A DNA stretch of 32,349 nt from Elusimicrobiota bacterium (GTDB taxonomy: Bacteria; Elusimicrobiota; Elusimicrobia; UBA1565), in assembly GCA_043819795.1 (NCBI GenBank), contig JBDREN010000019.1, positions 1-32,349 of the forward strand. Direction: 5' to 3'. Both the position numbers and the translations under genes were made by a program. Position 1 is the stretch's first letter; every line of letters begins with the position of its first letter. The notes under the pieces are model-generated. The model searched no databases. It was not told the DNA's origin and was given only the letters and a program-made list of their open reading frames with translations. Shown here piece by piece: positions 1-9,434 of this stretch.

Positions 1-58
1 ATACCACCGAGTCGTTGAGCCCGTCCCCGTTGGGGGTGATGAGGCGGTTGGACACGCC
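1..58 (-). other. Start of gliding motility-associated / T9SS type B-like C-terminal domain (CHU_C / TIGR04131-like)
   Basis: GVSNRLITPNGDGLNDSVV matches the hallmark N-x-[FI]-[TS]-P-N-G-D-G-x-N-D motif. Only the first ~19 residues are in the window. Confidence 0.75.
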
Positions 59-2929
59 CGCCGTATCGAAGGTGAACGCGCCCACGCGCTCGACCGCGCG
101 CAGCTGATAGCGGCCCAGGTACTGCGTCCGGAGCACGATGAGCTGGTTGGTCTCATCGAGCTTCCCATAGAGCTGGACCCACTTGCTGCCGTTGTACCAG
201 TACACGCTCAGGTTCTCTGGGACCGGAACGACGGCCGTGGGCCTGGAGGCCGCGCCCGCGCCCGAGGGCGCCACCAGCGTGCCCTGCCGCTGGTAGCGCA
301 ACCGCATGGTGGCCAGGGCCGCGAGCTTGAGGTTGGGGACCTCTTCCTTGCCGCCCCGCCGGGCCATGAAGGCGATGGACTTGAGCACCCGGCCGCCTAA
401 GTCCTCAGGGTGGCTGGAGGAGCCGATCTGGTAGGCCGTGTCCGGGCCGCCGCCGGCGCCGCCCAGCGCGTCCATGACCGTAGAGGGAAGCTCGATCGTG
501 CTCGTGCCGTCCGGGTCCGTGATGATGCCGGCGTCGGAGGCGTTGGACATGACGAGCGAGTCCGCCGAGATCTCGGTGAAGTTCACCGCTTTCAGGCGGT
601 AGAAGTACGCCCGGGACGTGTCGTTCTCCGCCCAGGTAATGGTGCCGGTCGACGGCGCGACGGAGGCGACGTGCGTCCAGGACGCGCCTGTGGCGGCCGT
701 GGCCCGGTACACGCGATACTCGGTGAGCTCGTCGAAGGTCGGAGCGTCCGGGTCGGCGAAGGCTTGGCCGTGGTCGTAGGCCCGCACCGGCAGCCAGGAC
801 AGGAATAGCTGGGACGGGGCCACGACGACGCTCAGCCCGAAGGGACGCCCGGGCGGCGCGGTCCGCACGAAGACCGAGGCCGGGCCCGCCTTGGGCAGCA
901 GGAAGTCGGGGGACATCTCCGCGCTCGCCCAGTAGTAGTAGGTCGTGCCGACGACCACGCCGGTGTCGACGTAGACGGCGTCGAACGTCGAAGCGGTGAG
1001 CGGCGGGTCGGACACGATCCCGGTGGAGCGGTAGATCCGGTAGCCGAGGAAGGAGCCTCCCTTGGCGGCGTCGTCGAAGTCGGTCCAGGCGAGCCTCACC
1101 CGCCTGAACTCGGTGATCCCGGTGAAATCCGTGACCATGAACTCGGGCGGGACGGTGACGGTGGTCCCGACGAATACGTAGTTCGGCTCCGTCTGCCAGT
1201 TGAGGCTGCCGACGCGGAAGTAATAGGTGGTCGCGCCCCTCAGGCCCAGCACGCTCAGCGTGCTGCGCGTCACGTCCGCGGTCGAGGAGACGCGGACCGC
1301 GCCGCTGAAGTCCGGGGCCGTGGAGGCCTCCACGCGGTAGCCCTCGGCGGAGGCGGACTGCGGCGCGCCCGGCAGCGCGGTCCAGTCGAGCGTGACGCTC
1401 GTGAAGAGGACCTCGAAGACCCGCGCCGCGGCCACCTGCCCGGCCAAGGTGGAGCTCGAGGGGCCGGCGGCCACGTTGAGCGCCGAGTTCCAGTTGCGCG
1501 CGCCGACCCGGAGGTGGTACGTGGTGTTGGCCTCGAGGTCCTCGACGGTGAGCGATCCTAGGCCGCCCGCGATCGTGGAGGATGAGTAGATCGTCCCCGT
1601 CCCGTCGAAGGCGGTGGAGGAGGCCTCCACCAGGTATCCCTCCGACGCCACCGCGTCCCAGGAGACGGCGATCGAGCTTGCATGAACGGCCGCCACGCGG
1701 GGGCCGCCGGGGAGCTCGGCCAGCGTTGACGTCGAGCCCATGGCCGCGTACGCGCTCGGGACGCCGTTGTGGTTGACCGCCCGCACGAAAAGGTAATACG
1801 TGGTGTCGGGCGCGAGACCGGTCAGGTCGGCCGAGGGGGCGGCGGACGGCCGTGTGGATATCGTCACGTTGCCGCCGAGCCCGGGGACCAGCGGCGTCCG
1901 CGTGGAGACGACGGCCTCGTAAAGGGTGACGGCCGGATTGCCGCCCGCGGTCCACTGTCCCGACACCGACGAAACGAACACGCCGGCGAATACGGGCGAG
2001 GCCTGCGCCGGGTCGGCGACCAAGGTGGCCGTGGAGGCCGGCGTGGCCGGGGCGTAGAAGGTCTCTCCCGCCCACACCGCCCCCGCGCGGAGGTAGTACG
2101 TCGTGTTGAGGGCCAGGGACTCGACCGTCAGCGTATTCAGGCCGCCGTTGGGCGTGGCGGAGGAGAGCACGCCGCCGGTGAAGTCCGAGGCGGTGGAGGC
2201 GTCGAGCACGTAGCCGCCGTCGGGGGCCACGGGCCCGCTCCAGGAGACCGTGATCGAGGAGAAGAACACGGCGTCCACCGTCGGGGCGGCGGGCTCGGGC
2301 GCGAAGGTGAAGGCGGAGCCCGCGGGCACGAAGCGCGGCAGGCCCGCCCAGTTAAGCGAGCCGACTCGGAGGTAATAGGTCACGTTCCCGGTCAGGCCCG
2401 CGATGGCCAGGGTGGACACGGCCGCGCTCGGGGTGGCCGAGGAGAATACCGTCCCCGAGAAGCCGGGCGTGGTGGAGGCCTCCAGTAGGTAGCCCTCGGC
2501 CGTGGCGGAGGGCGGGGACGCCGGGAGCGGCTGCCAGTTGACCGTCACGCTCGTCGTGAAGACCGAGTGGACCTGCGCCCCGGCGACCGGCTCGGCCAGA
2601 GTGGAGCTCGAGCCGGCCGCGGCGAAGTTGGGCGCCGAATTCCAGTTCAGGGCCCCCACCCGGACCTGATAGGTCGTGTTGGACTCGAGGCCCGCGACGC
2701 CCAAGGTCCCGAGCCCGCCGGAGGCCGTCGAGGAGAGGTATACCGTCCCGGTCCCGTCGAAGGCCTTCGACGAGGCCTCCACGACATAGCCCTGGGACGT
2801 CACGCTGTCCCAGGCCACGGTCATGGAGCTGTTGTGGACCTCCGGCAGGTTCGCGTTCCCCGGCGGTTGGGCCAGCGTCGAGGTGGATCCGAGCGCGAGG
2901 TAGCCGCTGGGCGCGCCGCTGCGATTGAC
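1..2929 (-). CDS. C-terminal continuation (~976 aa, 3'-partial) of the giant protein after the frameshift: FN3-like repeats, ZU5/GAIN-like domain, gliding-motility/T9SS-B-like CTD
   Basis: Manual translation from 2929 gives VNRSGAPSGYLALGSTSTLAQPPGNANLPEVHNSSMTVAW..., the exact continuation of the interrupted FN3 repeat. The same frame ends ...GVSNRLITPNGDGLNDSVV at position 2. It is absent from the ORF track, consistent with no stop codon inside the window. Confidence 0.92.
60..547 (-). other. Pre-CTD beta-sandwich domain, ZU5/GAIN-like
   Basis: DPDGTSTIELP...MRLRY...ENLSVYWYNGSKWVQLYGKLDETNQLIVLRTQYLGRYQL has the L-x-[IV]-Y-W...W..L...D.....[IV]..T..[LF]..Y pattern of such domains. Recognised by eye. 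Confidence 0.45.
548..1150 (-). repeat. Two divergent, more canonical FN3 domains
   Basis: VRLAW...GYRIYRS...YVDTGVVVGTTYYYW and LFLSW...EYRVYRA...YFYRLKAVN. Confidence 0.75.
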
Positions 2930-5900
2930 TGCGCGCGAACAGGTAGTAGGTCGTGTCGGGCGTCAGGCCGGCGAGGTCCGCCGACAGGCTCCCGAGCGGC
3001 CGGGTCGAAACCGTCACGTTGCCGCTGTTCGCGGCGACGAGCGGGGTCTCGGTGGACACGGTCGCCTCGTAGAGCGTGCCCGCCGGGTTGCCGCCGGCCG
3101 TCCATCGCACGGTGAGCGACGAGGCGGACACCGCCGTGAAGGCCGCGGCGGGCGCCGCGGGTTCGGCCGCGAGCGTCGCGGTCGACGCCGGCGTGGTGCG
3201 CAGGTAGGCGGTCGTGGCCGGCCAGAGCGCTCCCACCCGCAGATAGTAGGTCGTGTTCACCTCCAGGGCCTCGACCGTCAGGGCGGTCGTCCCGCCGTCC
3301 GCGGTGATCGACGACACGATGGTCCCGGTGAAGTCGCTCGCCGTGGAGGCCTCCAGGACGTAGCCGTCCGAGGAGTCCACGCTCGTCCAGGACGCCGTGA
3401 TCGAGGACAGGAACACGGAGTCGACGACCGGGGCGGCGGGAGGCGGGGGCGCAGTGACGGTGGAGCCCGCGTCGACGAAGAGGGGGCGGCCGGCCCAGTT
3501 GAGGGAGCCGACGCGGAAATAGTACGTCGCGCTGCCGGTCAGGCCCGAGACGGTCAGCGTGGATCCGGTCACGACCGGCGTGGCCGAGGAGAGGACCGTC
3601 CCCGAGAAGTCGGGCGACGTGGAGGCCTCGACGCGGTATCCCTCGGCCGACGCGGCCTGCGGCGCGGTCGGCAGCGGCTGCCAGTTGAGCGTGACGCTCG
3701 CGTTGAAGACCGCGAAGACCTGTGCGCCGGAGACCGGCTCGCTCAGAGTGGAGCTCGATCCCGCCGACGCATAGTTGGGCGCCGAGTTCCAGTTCAGGGC
3801 GCCGACCCGGACGTGGTACGTGGTGTTGGCCTCCAGGGCGTCGAGCGTCAGGGACCCGAGCCCGGCGTTGGCCGTGGCCGAGGAGTAGAGGGTCCCGGAC
3901 CCGTCGAAATCGGTCGAGGATGCCTCGACCAGATAACCGCGTGACGACACAGTGTCCCAGGCCACGGTCATCGTGCTGCGCTGCGCCTCCGTGACGCCGG
4001 CGTTGGCCGGGCGCTGGGTCAGCGTCGAGGTCGAGCCGAGAGCCGCGTATCCGCTCGGGATGGCGTCATGGTTGACCGCCCTCACGAAGAGGTAATAGGT
4101 GGTGTCGGGCGTCAAGCCGGGGAATCCCACGGACGGAGTCCCGGAAGGCCGGGTCGACACCGCGACGTCGCCGGAGTGCGTCCCGACCAGCGGGGCGCCG
4201 GTGGACGCCACCGCCTCGTAGAGCGTGCCGGCCGGGTTGCCCGCCGCGTCCCACTGCGCGGTGACCGAAGACACGAATATCTCGAGGAAGGTCGCGGCGG
4301 CCGCGGCCGGGTCGCCGGCCAAGGTCGCGGTCGAGGACGGCGTCGCGGGCTCGTAGGAGGGCGTCCCGGACCAGACCGCGCCCGCTCGGAGATAGTAGGT
4401 CGTGTTGAGGGCCAGGCTCTCCACGCTCAGGGTGGTCAAGGACGCGCTCGGGGTGGCCGAGGACAGGACCGTCCCGCTGAAGTCCGCGGCCGTGGACGCG
4501 TCGAGGACGTAGCCGCCGTCGGGATCCGCGCCGGCGCCGACGAAGGAGACCGTGATCGAGGAGTAGTGCACGGCGTCCACGGCGGGGGTCCCGGGCGCCG
4601 GGGCCCCCGTGAAGGCCGAGCCGGCCGCCGCGTAGTTGGGCAGGCCGGCCCAGTTGAGGCTTCCCACGCGGTAGTAGTAGCTCGCGCCGCCGGTCAGGCC
4701 CGTGACGGTCAGGGTACTCGGCTCGACGGCGGCGGTCGACGACGAGAGGACGGCGCCCGAGAAGTCGGGCGCGGTGGAGGCCTCGAGGACGTAGCCCTCG
4801 GCCGTGGCGGACTGCGGGGCCGCCGGGAGGGGCAGCCAGTTGACGGTCGCGCTGGTCGTGAAGACCGCGTGGACCCGCGCGCCGGCCGCCGCGTCGGCCA
4901 GGGTGGAGCTCGAGCCGCCCGAGGCGTAGTTCGGCTCCCCGCTCCAGTTCAGCGCCGCGACGCGGATGGCGTATGTGGTGTTGGCCTCGAGGCCTTCGAC
5001 CGTCAGTCCGCCGAGCCCGCCGTCGGCCGTCGACGAGGAATAGACGGCGCCCGCCCCGTCGAAATCCGTCGAGGACGCCTCGACCCGATAGCCTTGCGAC
5101 GTCACGGCGTCCCAGGATACGGTCATCGAGCTCGGGAGGACCGCCGCGACGTTCGCGTTCGGCGGACTCTGGGCCAGGGTGGAGCTGGAGCCGAGGGTCA
5201 GGTACGCGCTTGGGATGCCGTTGTGGTTGACGGCCCTTACGCGCAGCGTGTAGGTGGTGTCGGACGTCAGGCTTTCGACCGTCAGGGAGCCGGTCCAGCC
5301 GTCGGCGGTGGAAGAGGAGTGGACCGTTCCGGTCCCGTCGAAGCCCGTGGAGGAAGCCTGCACCAGATAGCCCGGAGCCCCCACGGTGTCCCAGGCCGCG
5401 GTGATCGAGCTCGCGTACACGGCCGCGACGCCGCCGCTGACGGGCGGCAGGGCCAGCGTCGAGGTGGAGCCGAGGGCGAGGTAGGCGCTCGGCACCCCGT
5501 TGCGGTTGACGGCCGTCACGCGCAGCTCATAGGTGGTGTCCTCCTGCAGGGACTCCACGAAGGCCGAAGTCTGGAGCGTCTCCGAGGAGGCCATCGTGGT
5601 GCTGGCCGCGAAGCCCGCCGATGAGGCCTGGAGCAGATAGCGGGTCCCCGCCGGATTGCCGCCGTCCGCCCACTGCGCCGAGATCGAGGACACGAAGACC
5701 TCCAGGACTCCCGGAGGGGGCGCTCCCGGCTCGTTGGCGAGGGTGGCCGTCGACGCGGGCGTGGTCGGCGTGTAGGACGTCACCCCGGCCCACACCGCGC
5801 CGGCGCGCAGATAGTAGGTCGTGTTGAGCGCCAAGCCCTCGACCGTCAGGCTGTTGAGCGCGCCGTTCGGGGTGGCAGACGAATAGAGCGTCCCGGTGAA

Positions 5901-8900
5901 GTCCGCCGCAGTCGAGGCGTCGAGCACGTAGCCGCCGTCCGGGTCCACCCCGCCCCAGGAGGCTGTGACCGACGACATGAACGCGGCGGCGACGGCCGGG
6001 CCGGCGGGCGTCGGGGCTCCGGCCAGGCTCGAGCCCACGGAGACGAAGTGAGGCTCCGAAGGCCAGTTGAGGCTGCCCACGCGGAAGTAGTACGTGACCC
6101 CCCCGCTCAGCCCCGTGACGGTCAGGGTGCTCGGCTCCACGCCGGCCGTCGAAGAGGAGAGGATCCCGGACGAGAAGTCCGGTATCGCGCACGCCTGCAG
6201 GAGGTAGCCTTCGGCCGAGGCGGACTGCGGGGCGGGGGGAAGCGGCCGCCAGTTGACGGCCGCGCTCGTCGTGAAGACCGCGAAGACCTGCGCCCCGCCG
6301 ACGGGGTCGGCCAACGTGGAGCTCGAGCCGCCGAACGCGAAATTGGGGGCGCCGTTCCAGTTGAGCGCGCCGACGCGGACGTAGTAGGTGGTATTGGCCT
6401 CAAGGCCCTGGAGGCTCAGGGTCCCGATCCCGCTGTCGACGGTGGCCGAGGAATAGACCGTCCCCGCCCCGTCGAAATCCGTCGAGGAGGCCTCGACCAG
6501 ATAGCCCTGCGAGGTCACCGTTGTCCAGGCGGCCGTCATCGAGCTGTGGTGGGCGGCGGCGATGCTGACGCCCGACGGCCGCGCGGCGAGCGTGGACGTC
6601 GAGCCCACGGCCAGGTAGGCGCTTTCCAGGCCGTTGTGATTGACCGCCTTCACGCGGAGCGCGTAGGTGGTATCCTCGAGCAGCGTCTCGACGAAGGCCG
6701 TCGTGTCCAACGTTTCGGAGGACACCAGGGCGGTGTCCGCGGCGAAACCGGCCGATGACGCTTCGAGGACGTAGCGCGTGCCCGCCGGGTTGCCGCCGTC
6801 GGTCCATTGCGCCGACATGGACGAGACGAATACCGCCGGGAAGGCGGGCGCCGCCGCCCCGGGCTCCCTCGCCAAAGTGGACGTGGAGGCCGGGACCGCC
6901 AAGGCGTAGAAGGTGGAGCCGGACCAGACCGCGCCGGCGCGCAGGTAATAGGTCGTGTTGAACGCCAGGCCCTCGACCGTCAGCGCGGTCAGGCTCCCGT
7001 TGGCGGTCGTCGAGGACAGGATGGCGCCGGTGAAGTCCGGGGCCGTGGACGCCTCGAGCGCGTAGCCGCCGTCGGGATCGAAGCCGCTCCAGGATGCCGC
7101 GATCGAGGAGCCGAAGACGGCGTCCAGGACCGGGTCGTCGGGCGCCGGGGTGTGGGTATAGGTCGAGCCCGCGGAGATGAAGTTCGGAGCGCCGGCCCAG
7201 TTGAGGCTGCCGGCTCGGAAGTAGAACGTCGTCCCGCCCGTCAGTCCGGTCACGGTCAAAGTGCTGGGCTCCACCCCGGCCGTCGAGGAGGATAGGATGC
7301 CGCCCGTGAAGCCGGAGGTGGTGGAGGCCTCCAGGAGGTAGCCTTCGGCCGTGGCCTCCTGCGGGGCGGCGGGCCGCGGCTGCCAGTTGACCGTGGCGCT
7401 CGTGGTGAAGACCTCGAGCACCTGAGGGCCGATCACCTCCTCGGCCAAGGTGGAGCTGGAGCCGCCCGCCGCGTAGTTGGGCACGCCGTTCCAGTTGACC
7501 GCGCCCACGCGCACCTGGTACGTCGTGTTCTCCTCCAGGCTTTGGACCGTCAAGGCGCCGAGCCCGCCGTTCGCGGTGGAGGAGGAATAGACCATGCCCG
7601 TGCCGTCGAAGTCCGTGGAGGAGGCCTCCACCAGGTAGCCCTGGGCGGTCACGGCGTTCCAGGTCACGGTCATCGAGCTCGGGTGGACGACGGCCACGCC
7701 GACGCTCCCCGGCGGCGAGGCCAGGGTCGAAGTGGAGCCCAGCGCCAGCGGCGCGGTCGGGACGCCGTTGCGGTTGACGGCCTTGACCCGCAGATAGTAG
7801 GTGGTGTCGGAGAGCAGGAGCCGGACCGTGGCCGAGAAGGCCAGGGTATCGGAGGAGACGAGCGCCCCGGACCCGTCGAAGCCGGTCGAGGAGGCTTCCA
7901 GGGCGTAGAGCGTGCCCGCCGGGTTCCCGCCGTCGGCCCACTGAGCAGCGAGGGAGAAGGAGGACACTCCAAGGATGGCGGGCGCGGCCGGCCCGGGCAC
8001 GTCGGCGAGCGTGGCCGTGGAGGGCGGCGCGGTGAAGGCGTAGGATGTGGCTCCGCCCCGGACGGCGCCCGCGCGCAGATGGTAGGTGGTGTTCACCGCC
8101 AATCCCTCGACGGTCAGGGACGCGGCCGCGGCGCTCGGCGTGGCGGATGACAGCACCGTCCCGGAGAAGTCGGGGGCCGTGGAAGCGTCGAGCACGTAGC
8201 CCTCCTCGGGATAGACCGGAGTCCAGCTGACCGTGATCGACGAGAGGAAGGCGGAGTCGACCGCGGGGGCGACCGGAGCGGGGTTGTAGGTCAACGTGGA
8301 GCCGGCCGAGACGTAGTTGGCGACGCTCTCCCAGTTGATGCTGCCCACGCGGAAGTAGTAGGTGACGCCGCCGGTCAGGCCCGTGACGGTGAGGGTGCTG
8401 GGCTCCACCCCGGCCGTGGAGGAGGAGAATATCCCTCCCGAGAAGTCGGAGGCCGTGGACGCCTGCACGAGGTAGCTCTCCGCCGAGACGGATTGCGGGA
8501 CGGGGGGCAGCGGCCGCCAGTTGAGCGTCACGCTGTCGGTGAACACCGAGTAGACCTGCGCCCCGGAGACCGGTTCGGCCAGGGTGGAGCTCGAACCGGC
8601 CGCGGCGTAGTCCGGCACCGAGTTCCAGTTGACGGCGCCCACGCGGAGGTAGTAGGTGGTGTTGGCTTCGAGGCTTTCGACCCTCAGCGCGCCCAGGGCC
8701 CCGTTCGCCGTGAAGGAGGCGTACACGACGCCCGCGCCGTCGAAGTCCGTGGAAGAGGCCTCGACCAGATAGCCCTGCGACGTCACCGTGCTCCAGGCCA
8801 CGGTCATGGTGCTCAGATGCGCTCCCGCGATGTTCACGCCCGTGGGCGGGGACGCGAGCGTGGAGGTGGACCCGAACGCGCCGTATGCGGTCGGGATCGC

Positions 8901-9434
8901 GTTATAGTTGACGCCCCGGACGAACAGGTAATAGGTCGTGTCCGGGGTCAGGCCGGTGAAGTCCGCCGACGGGGGTCCGGAGGGCCGGGTGGACACCGTC
9001 ACGTTGCCCGTATGCGCGATCACCAGCGGCGTCTCCGTGGACACGACCGCCTCGTAGAGGGTGCCGGCCGGGTTGCCGTTGGCTTCCCAGGCGCCGGTGA
9101 AGGACTGGTCCGCGACCGCGCTGAACGTGGCGGGGGCGCTCAGCGGCAGCGCGGCGAGCGTCGAGGTGGCGGCCGGGACGCTCAGGCCGTAGCTCGTCGT
9201 GGTCCGCCAGAGGGCGCCCATGCGCAGGTAGTAGGTGGTGTTCGGGGCCAGGCCGTAGGACGTCAGGGTGGACACTCCGAGCTCCGCGGTGGCCGATGAG
9301 AAGAGCACTCCGGTGAAGTCCGCGGCCGTGGACGCGTCCACGAAGTAGCCGCCGGCCGCGACCGTGGAATAGGAGACGCTGAGGCTGTGGGTGGAGACGT
9401 CCGTGACCGTACGGCTCGCGGGCGGCAGCTCCTT
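1151..9434 (-). repeat. Array of 29 FN3-like domains (~92-100 aa): 7 x four-domain super-repeat (~1.14-1.15 kb) plus one extra
   Basis: Recurrent S.T..W...GY..[ED]AS...F.G...SS.T......L.V.GL..[ND]TTY..R.G. Super-repeats start at about 9434, 8285, 7151, 6017, 4604, 3449 and 2302. Confidence 0.88.

Noticed and set aside
405..2075. 556-aa minus-strand ORF
   Set aside because: Arg/Gly/Pro-rich shadow frame overlapping the true coding frame (2929 to 2).
1..2929. Separate downstream gene rather than a continuation
   Set aside because: It begins mid-FN3 domain with no evident start, RBS or signal peptide, and it keeps the a-b-c-d register of the upstream array.
2352..2930. Arg/Gly-rich C-terminal tail of the 9982-aa ORF as a real domain
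   Set aside because: Out-of-frame read-through after the frameshift; the alternative frame continues the FN3 repeat exactly.
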